Origin: a virus
Length of the DNA: 64,000 bases
Direction: 5' to 3' (one strand)
IMG/VR virus record: IMGVR_UViG_3300025759_000064
Span: 32,001 to 96,000 of that record
Shown here: one piece after another, positions 9,766-18,340 of the stretch
Layout: every line of letters starts with the position of its first letter
How positions within the stretch are numbered: position 1 is the stretch's first letter
Made by a program: the position numbers and the translations under genes
Notes under the pieces: model-generated
Told to the model about the DNA's origin: nothing
The model's input: only the letters and a program-made list of their open reading frames with translations
Database searches by the model: none

Positions 9766-11642
9766 GGAGTTCTACCGCCTCGACTTGTTAAGTGGTCTAA
9801 AGGGTTGATTCCAAAAGTACGAGGGTCATTAGTTGCATCTTCCGTTGCACCTTCCGGCCTAGTAGTTTCTTTAGTGGGCGCATTATTATGCGCTGGTAAA
9901 TTACTAGCAGAACCTACGTTTGAATCACCTTTACCTTTTTTCTTGGTTTCTTTTCTTTTCATCGCTCTTCGAGCGTCGTTAACGAGTTGGCGAAGTTCGG
10001 CCATGTCATAGTATGATAGTCCCCGCTTTTGTAATTCGCTACCTTCTCCAACTTCACTAGTCATCACAGGTGCACCTTGTATAGCAGAACTAGGTAATCT
10101 AGGTCTGTAAGTTGGACTCTGACCGGACATACCCTGAACACCAACGCCCATTCTTGGTTGCGACATTACAGGTGGACTAGGTATACTAGGCGATGGTAAT
10201 GTAGCCCTGCGCGGTGAAGATGGGGGCATTAGTGGTGGTGGTCTAATAGACCTAAGTGCAGGTCTTCTCATTTGTTGCGCTTGTCCGGGTAGTAAACTTT
10301 GCAATGTACCACCGCCAGTCAAACCTGCTTTGTAAGAACGTGCACCGAATCTTGACGGTGTAGATGAAACGGTTCGTATGTTACCTAAACGCTTTCGTGC
10401 CTCAGATTGACCGAGGTATTGTCTGTATCTTTGTACATCTTTAGACATAGGTTGTTTAGTTTTTACACCCCTGTGAGACATTTCGACAGCAAGATGCGCT
10501 CTACTTAATCCAGTTTTCTTCCCACCAGCAATACCACGCATTCTAGCCTTGGCTCTTCTAGATGTAGCACTGCCGGGTGTCATTCCGCCCGGTGGTCTCT
10601 TGAACTCACCAGTTGAAGGTCGCCATTTCTTCTGCCTTTCTTTATGTGCTTTTCTTGCTTTTGCCCCTTTCTTTCTTTTCGGCTTTTTACCTACAAAGCC
10701 CTGTCTCTCGCTTTTGAGTAATTGAAATGCTATTTCTATGGGATTACCTTTCAAATCACCCATCATTGACTGGTCAAAAGACGGTTGTGAGTTTTTATGT
10801 TTCAACGCTTTCAGAGTAGCCATGTACATACTCATATTAATCACTGCTAAATCTTCGTGATTCATGTCGTGATAATTAGTTTGATTTCTCATATTTTGTA
10901 AAAGGTTATTAGCAGGGTCTGACAATTGCCTTGGAGCACCTCGCGGAGAACGACTCATCACCATGTAATCATGTAATAGTTTCAAATCACTTTCAGTTTC
11001 ACGCAATTGAGGCTCAAATGCCGCAACACCTTCATTGCTTCTTGTCAACTCATTTACAGCATCGTCATGGTCTTGTACCATTGGATGATTTACATTCATG
11101 TGTAAGAGTGGATATCTGTTTTCATCAAATGAGTTACCAAACATACTCATCTCATTTATATCACCATCTAAATATGACTGTAAATGTTCATCTTTGTATG
11201 CTTTTAATAATTGGAATGCTATTTCCATAGGTTCTCCCATGGCAAAGTTCTGCCCTCCGGCAAAACCCGGCCCTCTAGCCTGATTTGCTAAACTTGTAAG
11301 TGCGCCGTAATTACCCGGAGTACCAGTCATCAAAGATGGCTCTAACTCATTATCAAACTTAGTAGGTTGTAAATCTTCATCTTCATCTTCAACGGCAGGT
11401 AAGTCAGCAGTTGTAATAGAAAGATGTTTTAATCGCTTCATTTCATTTGCTCTATCTTTACGTTCTTGTTTTTTACGGTCAATACGAGCATCACGATGTT
11501 CTGTATCTTCTCCGCCGTATGCACCTTCTTCTTCGTGATTTGCGCGGAACATGTGAGAAGATTCACTTCTCGGTCCATACATTCGCGTATCGCTACCCGT
11601 ACTTGTCATACCTGATTTTAGAATACGCACAGGTTTACTCAT
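9762..11642 (-). CDS. Large low-complexity basic putative virion polyprotein with two PxEIAFQLLK repeats
   Basis: ORF track gives 9762..11657; ATG at 11642 preferred (GGGGG SD). Motif copies at 11202-11231 and 10713-10742. Confidence 0.65.
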   Translation of the reverse strand: MSKPVRILKSGMTSTGSDTRMYGPRSESSHMFRANHEEEGAYGGEDTEHRDARIDRKKQERKDRANEMKRLKHLSITTADLPAVEDEDEDLQPTKFDNELEPSLMTGTPGNYGALTSLANQARGPGFAGGQNFAMGEPMEIAFQLLKAYKDEHLQSYLDGDINEMSMFGNSFDENRYPLLHMNVNHPMVQDHDDAVNELTRSNEGVAAFEPQLRETESDLKLLHDYMVMSRSPRGAPRQLSDPANNLLQNMRNQTNYHDMNHEDLAVINMSMYMATLKALKHKNSQPSFDQSMMGDLKGNPIEIAFQLLKSERQGFVGKKPKRKKGAKARKAHKERQKKWRPSTGEFKRPPGGMTPGSATSRRAKARMRGIAGGKKTGLSRAHLAVEMSHRGVKTKQPMSKDVQRYRQYLGQSEARKRLGNIRTVSSTPSRFGARSYKAGLTGGGTLQSLLPGQAQQMRRPALRSIRPPPLMPPSSPRRATLPSPSIPSPPVMSQPRMGVGVQGMSGQSPTYRPRLPSSAIQGAPVMTSEVGEGSELQKRGLSYYDMAELRQLVNDARRAMKRKETKKKGKGDSNVGSASNLPAHNNAPTKETTRPEGATEDATNDPRTFGINPLDHLTSRGGRTP

Positions 11643-12039
11643 GTTGAACCCCCGCAAAATTAAATGACGTTAACATAACAAGTTTTCCGATATTACGATA
11701 AAACAAAGGAACGGTAGATGGGGTAGTAAACTTTGTACCCATTTCTTCACAGTGTTCTAAATAATTATAGCAACTATGACGTATTTGTTCTCTTAACGGT
11801 AAAACAATTTCAGGTTCATCAGTATCATCTAATTGTTTCACACATTCTATAATATGCATTAAACTATCTTCATTAACTAGGACATTGGCTTCTTTGAATG
11901 CATGGTATCTAAAACGTTCTGTTACCTTGACACAATAATCAAAGAACAAAGGATATTGTGATTTTTCCATATTTTCACCCGATAAGAATGAAAGATAGCC
12001 CGGATGCTGTGTTTGCATTAAATCAACCACAGGTATCAC
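11635..12039 (-). CDS. Hypothetical protein
   Basis: 134-aa ORF, GTGA-coupled to the upstream gene. Confidence 0.6.
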   Translation of the reverse strand: MIPVVDLMQTQHPGYLSFLSGENMEKSQYPLFFDYCVKVTERFRYHAFKEANVLVNEDSLMHIIECVKQLDDTDEPEIVLPLREQIRHSCYNYLEHCEEMGTKFTTPSTVPLFYRNIGKLVMLTSFNFAGVQHE

Positions 12040-12719
12040 AGCACTTCCTCCATCTCTGCTTGTAATTTACTTTTAATTCTCTTCCAACTATCAGGACTTT
12101 CTTTTGCAAGTTCAACTTTTAGAATATTGATAGTTTGATTAACTTGTGTACCATCTGTTTGTGTACCCCATTTATCTTGAAAGCCAGTTAAATCTTTTAT
12201 TGATTCTCTTACTTCTTTATGTAAAGTAACTGCATTTCTTACAAAGCCTTCTTCATGCACACTACCTTCTTCCATCAATTCAGACAACTTGTTGTTTAAT
12301 TTTTCAACATTGCTTCTTAAAACAGTTATTTCATTTCCAACCGTAATTGCGACCTCAGTTGCTGCTGACCTTTGAACCAACGGCTGAAAGTGATGTTTCA
12401 TGTGATGATACACAGTAGTCTCCTTAATACCTAGTTCTTCTGCAATTAATTCAGATTGAGTACCATCGGAAAAGAATCGATTTTCATATTCTGCTCTATT
12501 CTCACTTGAACAAATTACGCAAGAAGGGTTTGCGGCCATATGGTATTGACCCATGTGATTACGGTAATGTCGGTCAGCAGTATTAGCCCTCCAACCCATA
12601 TCTTTATCCAACTGTTCACAGGATATTTCGCCACTTTTGATGGCCTCCTCAAGCACACTTCTGTCGTCACTTTGACAGAACGCGCATGAACGTTTCATAA
12701 CTGGCTCTCGCTCAACCAT
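12036..12719 (-). CDS. Tandem Zn-binding HTH protein, candidate terminase small subunit
   Basis: Two repeats of CxxC-HTH-HxxxH followed by a coiled coil; first gene of the operon leading to terL. Confidence 0.45.
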   Translation of the reverse strand: MVEREPVMKRSCAFCQSDDRSVLEEAIKSGEISCEQLDKDMGWRANTADRHYRNHMGQYHMAANPSCVICSSENRAEYENRFFSDGTQSELIAEELGIKETTVYHHMKHHFQPLVQRSAATEVAITVGNEITVLRSNVEKLNNKLSELMEEGSVHEEGFVRNAVTLHKEVRESIKDLTGFQDKWGTQTDGTQVNQTINILKVELAKESPDSWKRIKSKLQAEMEEVL

Positions 12720-12755
12720 GTGTGACCGGAATACTATGTGGTTAATCAGGGTTGC

Positions 12756-13016
12756 TTAGATAAACCGCGTTATTCTCTGATATATAGAGGTCAAGAGTAT
12801 AAAGGAAAAAAATACTCCCACCATATACATTGACATTTCTGATTGGCTAATATCAGCATTCTTGAATATTAAAATCCCCATGAACACAAGTATAGCACTA
12901 ATGAGTTGTACCATTACCATATCTACTATAACTTCTCTTTTTGGAGCAAGCATGTGCATTGACATATCTGCTATTTGTCTAGGTACTGGTACACCGAAAT
13001 TATTACTACCCATCAT
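12756..13016 (-). CDS. Small membrane protein (2 TM)
   Basis: Hydrophobic segments MVMVQLISAILVFMGILIF and MYMVGVFFSFILLTSIY. Confidence 0.7.
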   Translation of the reverse strand: MMGSNNFGVPVPRQIADMSMHMLAPKREVIVDMVMVQLISAILVFMGILIFKNADISQSEMSMYMVGVFFSFILLTSIYQRITRFI

Positions 13017-13660
13017 TATACTCTACCTCCTGTGAGGAAATTACGGAAGAAAGTACCACTACCTTGCGCTACGTTATTTATCAATCCGGGGTCTGCTAAT
13101 GCATTTGTTAATTGACTTTGTAGCATACTTTGTTGAGCATTTTGCAACGTTTGTTGTCTTTGATTATCTGCTTGTGCTATGGTTTGATTTACCATATTAG
13201 TCATAGAGTTCATTTGTGACATTACGTTTTCAGAACTCATAGTCTGTAACTCTGTTGGTAAACTAGCCACATCTAATTTGAATATTCCATTCTCTTCATC
13301 AAAAGTGTAATTAGCATTTTTTAACACATTTAGTAAAGAAAAAGTGTTTATCTGACTAATAACATCTAACAGCATAGGAAATAATTGTGATTGAAGAAAT
13401 CTCTCCACAGGGTAAGAAGTGTTTAACATCGTTAACAAAATCTCTGTATCACTAGGTGGTACAATGGCTTGTTGATTGTAAGGGTCTTGACCAGTAGCAC
13501 CCGCCCACGCTGCGCTTAGAGCACTCGGTTGCTGAGGTTGTTGATACCATTGTTGCGGTGGAGCGGTATATCCACTACCGTAATTTGTGTTAGGCGCTCC
13601 AGTTTGACTTAGATTAAGTGCGCTAGAAGCGGGTTGTTGATTATTCCAATTCATTGTCAT
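13016..13660 (-). CDS. Gln-rich hypothetical protein
   Basis: 214-aa ORF, coupled on both sides. Confidence 0.7.
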   Translation of the reverse strand: MTMNWNNQQPASSALNLSQTGAPNTNYGSGYTAPPQQWYQQPQQPSALSAAWAGATGQDPYNQQAIVPPSDTEILLTMLNTSYPVERFLQSQLFPMLLDVISQINTFSLLNVLKNANYTFDEENGIFKLDVASLPTELQTMSSENVMSQMNSMTNMVNQTIAQADNQRQQTLQNAQQSMLQSQLTNALADPGLINNVAQGSGTFFRNFLTGGRV

Positions 13661-14625
13661 TGCATACCCTCCAACACTGCTTCCGGTATCAACGGAGGGG
13701 GGTTTATGGTTTGAGCCTGTTGGTTTAGAATATCTTGGAATGCAATGTTAGGCGTAGTCATATCTCTAAGTTCTTTTTGAAACATTCTCATATCAAAAGT
13801 AATTGTCGTAATATCATTATCGCCGCTAACTGGATTAACGTAATGTTGCATTGTAATACCTTTACTTTTTCTTACATCTGCTGAAATCTCAGCAAAGAAA
13901 GGTTCGTATTTAGTAATCATAGGATGTATTGGACCTGTCTGCCCAGCAGTAATAGTAGAAACTGGTACAGTAACTATACTGACTCCTCTTTTTATCTTAT
14001 CACGAAATCGACTAGGTTTCATTTCATCTTCAACATCTTGCTGTTCTTCCCATTTACAAAGTAAATGATACAAATGTAAATGTTCAGGACAATAAGTTGC
14101 TCTCATTTTTCTACCACTTGTTACTCCTTCTCTTGCTATGAATGCTTCTGCCTCACCTGTAACTGGATTTTGCCAGTACATATCCCATAGAGTTTTACCA
14201 GTATCTTCATCACTTATTCTAGAATATAAATTATCATGTTGTATTAATTCTTTTACATTACATCCATCAACACAACAGACAGCAGTATCTTTGTTATACA
14301 TATATTTGCTGTGACGGAATAATCTACGAGGGTCAAATATGGAGCGTTTTGTTGGGCTTAATAATTTGTAAGCCTGACGAATATCTTGTTTTCTTGCTTT
14401 GTAAGGATTAGCGTGCCTCGATGGATAGAAGTTAACCTTAGGCACTTCTATGTTCTTTTCCATAGACATTCTTTGCATCTGTTGTTGTGCTGCTGCTTGT
14501 TCCATTAGAGCAGCATGACTAAAATTAGGATTACCTTGTTGTGATAAAGCCATTAATGTAGCATCATTCACTTGACCTAGATTCGGTTGCTGCTGAGAAT
14601 AAAACGGATTCATGTTCATTACCAT
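13657..14625 (-). CDS. Hypothetical protein with a putative Zn site (CCVDGC...YCPEH)
   Basis: ORF track gives 13657..14688; ATG at 14625 preferred (GGAGTGA SD, follows the stop of the AbrB-like gene). Confidence 0.7.
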   Translation of the reverse strand: MVMNMNPFYSQQQPNLGQVNDATLMALSQQGNPNFSHAALMEQAAAQQQMQRMSMEKNIEVPKVNFYPSRHANPYKARKQDIRQAYKLLSPTKRSIFDPRRLFRHSKYMYNKDTAVCCVDGCNVKELIQHDNLYSRISDEDTGKTLWDMYWQNPVTGEAEAFIAREGVTSGRKMRATYCPEHLHLYHLLCKWEEQQDVEDEMKPSRFRDKIKRGVSIVTVPVSTITAGQTGPIHPMITKYEPFFAEISADVRKSKGITMQHYVNPVSGDNDITTITFDMRMFQKELRDMTTPNIAFQDILNQQAQTINPPPLIPEAVLEGMQ

Positions 14626-14630
14626 GCGTA

Positions 14631-14810
14631 TCACTCCTGTGGGCTTACTGAAATAGACATTTCGCCATCTTTTACTATTAATGACCACTCTATTTTAGAG
14701 CCAGCAGACAAACCAAATTGCTCTACTATCCACATAGGAATAGTAGTTCTAAGAGAATTACTAGAGCCTCCTGTGGAGACTAAGGCTGTTGTCGACGTGC
14801 CCTTACCCAT
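14631..14810 (-). CDS. AbrB/MazE/SpoVT-like swapped-hairpin DNA-binding protein (59 aa)
   Basis: Manual translation MGKGTSTTALVSTGGSSNSLRTTIPMWIVEQFGLSAGSKIEWSLIVKDGEMSISVSPQE matches the SLRxTIP..I...GL..G..I.W pattern. Confidence 0.7.
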   Translation of the reverse strand: MGKGTSTTALVSTGGSSNSLRTTIPMWIVEQFGLSAGSKIEWSLIVKDGEMSISVSPQE

Positions 14811-14852
14811 GTCTCTCGCACACCCTACTCATCTAAAAGGTCACTGTTGAGG

Positions 14853-15578
14853 TCAGTAATCTACCATCTCTAATAATGTGTTTTCTACATTCCATCCTAT
14901 ACGTGTTGCCATGAAAGAACGTCTTGTTGGAATACCTGCTTTTTGTAATCTAATTAGGTCTTCTCTAAAAGGGTCAAATATCTTATGTTCTCCAATTCTA
15001 CCTTCTCTCCATAATTGAGCGGCCTTGTTATCAAAATATCTATCCGCTTTATTAGCAACTAGAAGAATCATTTTTGGTGCATACTTTTTCCCTTTTCTCC
15101 AACTTTTCCAATTTCTATATCTATAATTTCTTTCTATTATATTATCTACTAAAAATCTAAATCCACCTATTTGGGTTAAAGCATCGTCGCCACCTTTGAA
15201 AGCCCTATCATCAAACATAAATATCGCATATTCGCATTGTCTAGCGACCATATCATCTATCCAAAGATTCCAATATCTTTCTTCTCCACCTAAATCAGCA
15301 GAGTGAATAACTCTTCTCTCTCCTTCCCAACGCACTCTTTTACGTGTAGGTTTAGGTAAAATATAGCGAGTTATTAATTTGAAATGTTTAGTCCTTTCGT
15401 GTTCAGGTATTTCTTCCATTTCACCGGGCGTAGTCATATATTTGTCTAAAGTAGTTTTACCAACCATAGACGCGCCATATATTCCCACTCTTCTAGATTT
15501 CCAATTATTGTAGGCTTGTTTACCGTATAAGGCTACACCCACTAATATACTGCCGCTTGCCGCAACCATATCAATCAA
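14853..15578 (-). CDS. Ras-superfamily (Arf-like) small GTPase with an N-terminal hydrophobic helix
   Basis: G1 GASMVGKT, G3 DLGGEERYWNLW (compare Arf DVGGQxxxRxxW), G4 NKAD, G5-like MATRIGWNV. Confidence 0.85.
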   Translation of the reverse strand: MIDMVAASGSILVGVALYGKQAYNNWKSRRVGIYGASMVGKTTLDKYMTTPGEMEEIPEHERTKHFKLITRYILPKPTRKRVRWEGERRVIHSADLGGEERYWNLWIDDMVARQCEYAIFMFDDRAFKGGDDALTQIGGFRFLVDNIIERNYRYRNWKSWRKGKKYAPKMILLVANKADRYFDNKAAQLWREGRIGEHKIFDPFREDLIRLQKAGIPTRRSFMATRIGWNVENTLLEMVDY

Positions 15579-15862
15579 CTAAACTTATTTGTTAACCATG
15601 TTCCAAAGTCTGCTACTTTTTGATATACCCATTCAACTGTCATTTCCCATAAGTTCCAATCTGTATTGGCTTCCATTGCAGAAACAGCCATTGCTGCACC
15701 GACAGAACATAATATTGTTCTAATCCAACCCAGTCCCCATTCGTAGGTATTATCTACTGTATTTGCTAAATGCATAGCACGCAGTGTTTCTTCAACTGAA
15801 TCATCACCAACATTGCGAAAAATACGCAATGGAGAAGGAATTAACTGTCCGGGTAGTACCAT
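15575..15862 (-). CDS. Small membrane-associated protein
   Basis: 95 aa; hydrophobic WIRTILCSVGAAMAVSAM and an amphipathic Trp-rich C-terminus. Confidence 0.65.
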   Translation of the reverse strand: MVLPGQLIPSPLRIFRNVGDDSVEETLRAMHLANTVDNTYEWGLGWIRTILCSVGAAMAVSAMEANTDWNLWEMTVEWVYQKVADFGTWLTNKFS

Positions 15863-15873
15863 ACTGCTTTACC

Positions 15874-16539
15874 TCAGGAGGCTTTGTATCTTAAATCCGG
15901 CGTACCGTCTTTCTTTAATCGCTGATTTGTTGGTTGCCCATCTCTTGGTGGTATAGGTAATGTTCGTGGAGGTAAGTTAGACTGGCTTGTCATTGCATCT
16001 ACTGCTCTTTGTGTATTCGACAAACCTAGATTCATCGGTGCTTCTTTTTGTGCAGAATGAGTAGGTACTCCAAATGGATTAGCGGTGTTATGATAATCAC
16101 CAGCGACACCATCGGATATATTACTACCATTAAAGAACTGACTATTTTGCATTATTCTACTAGGGTCTTCTTGCATTAAACGTAATTCATGTTCTAATTG
16201 TAATTCCATTTGTCTTAATTCTAAGTCTGCTCTACGTTGGTCAAAACCCATTTGTTGCTGTCTATACATGTTTTGTCTATTTCTTTGCATTTCAGCAACT
16301 TCTACTTTTTCTTTCATAGATTGTTCAAAGAACATTTTGAATAAGTAATAGGCTATTGTTTGTACTGCGAGCGCACCCATAGCATACGTCATTCCATTAA
16401 TAGTGGAATTAGCATTAGCCCCTGTTGGTAACCATAACCCTGAACTATACACTCCTACTGCTACTCCTACTAACGCAGATTGGGACAAAATTAGCCCTGT
16501 CATTTTCATTTCATTTGTATCTCCGATGTCTCTACTCAT
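15874..16539 (-). CDS. 2-TM membrane protein with a coiled coil and C-terminal KKDGTPDLRYK motif
   Basis: Two N-terminal hydrophobic helices, a Q/E/R coiled coil and a basic terminal motif. Confidence 0.7.
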   Translation of the reverse strand: MSRDIGDTNEMKMTGLILSQSALVGVAVGVYSSGLWLPTGANANSTINGMTYAMGALAVQTIAYYLFKMFFEQSMKEKVEVAEMQRNRQNMYRQQQMGFDQRRADLELRQMELQLEHELRLMQEDPSRIMQNSQFFNGSNISDGVAGDYHNTANPFGVPTHSAQKEAPMNLGLSNTQRAVDAMTSQSNLPPRTLPIPPRDGQPTNQRLKKDGTPDLRYKAS

Positions 16540-16586
16540 ACTGTGACCTCGCTCTAGCCCACGGTGGGGGTCATCTTAAGCCTTAT

Positions 16587-16670
16587 CTGTCCGAATATTC
16601 TAATGTCTTGTATATACATAAAGAATAATATGTACTATTGTATAGATAGACAATCGGAATCATCGGACAG
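16587..16670. repeat. Imperfect palindromic element, copy 1 (homologous to 62905-62978, partly to 26971-27086)
   Basis: CTGTCCGAATATTC...TACATA-N8-TATGTACT..TATAGA..GACAATCGGAATCATCGGACAG. Confidence 0.65.
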
Positions 16671-17136
16671 GCCATATACCTTCAGGTGCATATTTTTGCC
16701 ACATAGATTGAGCCTCAGGTGATTGGTCATTATCAGGGGTTAATGTTTGGTCATAATTAGATAACACTTCTGCCATAGTATCATAGAGATTTTTAGCATA
16801 TCCTCTTTGTCGATAAGGTTGTTCTGTTCTCGCATTCATAACACTGGTAGTGTTTCTATCGCCTAAAGTTCTAGCATTCATTCTATTCCTATCACTAATA
16901 TTCCCAGCGATATTTAATCTAGGTCGTGTTCTTTTCAAAGGTTTACCAAAATAAGTTCCACCGTTTTCTCGCCTTCTAACATCTATGTCTGTTTGTAATA
17001 TTTCATTAGTAACAGGGTCTTGAAAATCAGCAGCCCACGTATCGTGTTCGCCTGATGGTTCAGATGTTACTCTTCTTAATGAATCGGGAATCATAGGCGC
17101 TTTGAGCACAATCCACGCTTGGTCGAAGGCGGTCAT
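16660..17136 (-). CDS. GNAT-family acetyltransferase with AFDxAWxxLK leader
   Basis: Acetyl-CoA motif A YRQRGYAKNLY and C-terminal QSPEAQSMW. Confidence 0.7.
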   Translation of the reverse strand: MTAFDQAWIVLKAPMIPDSLRRVTSEPSGEHDTWAADFQDPVTNEILQTDIDVRRRENGGTYFGKPLKRTRPRLNIAGNISDRNRMNARTLGDRNTTSVMNARTEQPYRQRGYAKNLYDTMAEVLSNYDQTLTPDNDQSPEAQSMWQKYAPEGIWPVR

Positions 17137-17351
17137 TGATTATCACTCCACCAAGTATCTACTTCAGGGTCATTCATCAAATCTTCATTAAAATAATAGA
17201 AATGCTTCTTGTAACAATCATCACATAACATTCTTGGAAAATCAACGCCATCATCAAGTGTATGATTCTGACTGTTTAACAAAGCACCACAATGTGAACA
17301 AGCGCCCACTTCTAATTTTAGCAAAGCCCACGCTTGGTCGAAGGGGTTCAT
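17133..17351 (-). CDS. Small Zn-finger protein with PFDQAWALLK leader
   Basis: CxxC...CxxC; ATG at 17351 (TGATG overlap). Confidence 0.65.
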   Translation of the reverse strand: MNPFDQAWALLKLEVGACSHCGALLNSQNHTLDDGVDFPRMLCDDCYKKHFYYFNEDLMNDPEVDTWWSDNQ

Positions 17352-17710
17352 CAGCAGTTCCACCGTTTGAGCGCTGCGCCCTTCGGTGTTAGTTTTCCAC
17401 CTTTACTGGTCGGTCCTTTGCTCCCACCCATTCTAGCACAGAATGACTTTCTTCTGTTTGCCGCTTTACTACCGGGTTTTAGTGAACTTGGTTTTTTAGT
17501 AACAGGTCTTTTCAAGTTTGCACCTGTCTCTCGCTTGAACTTTGCACGCCCTTTTGCATTTAGACCACCACTTCTGCTATGCCTGTTTGGATTGTAACCG
17601 TGAAATGGTTTTGATTTCTTTTTTGCTTTTTCAAACACAGAATCTAACAGTGCTACTGATGCTTGTTGCATAGGTGTGCAACAGTCACATGTGTCAAATC
17701 CCATAGTCAC
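17351..17710 (-). CDS. Basic protein, DUF6321-like (marine viruses)
   Basis: GGLNAKGRA...NLKRP...RRKSFCARM...LKRWNC signature, recalled from memory. Confidence 0.65.
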   Translation of the reverse strand: MTMGFDTCDCCTPMQQASVALLDSVFEKAKKKSKPFHGYNPNRHSRSGGLNAKGRAKFKRETGANLKRPVTKKPSSLKPGSKAANRRKSFCARMGGSKGPTSKGGKLTPKGAALKRWNC

Positions 17711-18015
17711 CGTAACACACCCACCATCTTAACAATTGTTGGCTTTCCGCCCACACCTTGCTTTTTTGCACGTTTTCTTTTTGTTGCTGCTTGCTTCTGA
17801 CCTGATGACATAGAACCTGATGTTTTTGGCGTTTTGCTTGAAACCTTGATTGATGGTCTGCATTTAGGATAACCTTTACTAGATTTATTTGCTTTACTTC
17901 TACCACACGGAGGATGCTTACCATCTTTAGTACGCGACACATCTACCCATTTTTCTTTGAACCAGCGATTTAGGTTCTTAACTACAAGAGTATCATGGCA
18001 AGTACATCGTGTCAT
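17707..18015 (-). CDS. Basic Cys-containing viral protein (LxRWFKEKWVD..CGR..YPKCRP family)
   Basis: Motif resembles widespread marine virus hypothetical proteins. Confidence 0.65.
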   Translation of the reverse strand: MTRCTCHDTLVVKNLNRWFKEKWVDVSRTKDGKHPPCGRSKANKSSKGYPKCRPSIKVSSKTPKTSGSMSSGQKQAATKRKRAKKQGVGGKPTIVKMVGVLR

Positions 18016-18173
18016 ACTACTCCTACCATTTTCTTAATACTCTTTTGTTTATCCATCAATGCGTAACAAGGACATTTAGGAGCGGATGCTGAACATTGAT
18101 TACCCTCAATCATACAAACGCAAGGCGTTTTACTAGTAGCCCCGCAACAACATTTGTCTTTCTTAAGTTTCAT
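18012..18173 (-). CDS. Small Cys-rich protein (53 aa)
   Basis: Manual translation MKLKKDKCCCGATSKTPCVCMIEGNQCSASAPKCPCYALMDKQKSIKKMVGVV; ATGA-coupled at both ends. Confidence 0.65.
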   Translation of the reverse strand: MKLKKDKCCCGATSKTPCVCMIEGNQCSASAPKCPCYALMDKQKSIKKMVGVV

Positions 18174-18340
18174 TTTTTCTTTTTCCCCTTAAACTTACCA
18201 CGACAATATTGAACAGCCCACCCGTTTGCATACGCAGATGGGTAAACATCGAACTTTTTCTTTGCGGCTGCTTTTCCAGCAGGGCATAGTTTTTTCCAAA
18301 CCGCATCCATACCAACACAATGACCGCATTCGCAACTCAT
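18170..18340 (-). CDS. Small basic protein (LCPAGKAAAK..F.VYPSAYAN family, 56 aa)
   Basis: Manual translation MSCECGHCVGMDAVWKKLCPAGKAAAKKKFDVYPSAYANGWAVQYCRGKFKGKKKK; ATGA-coupled. Confidence 0.7.
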   Translation of the reverse strand: MSCECGHCVGMDAVWKKLCPAGKAAAKKKFDVYPSAYANGWAVQYCRGKFKGKKKK

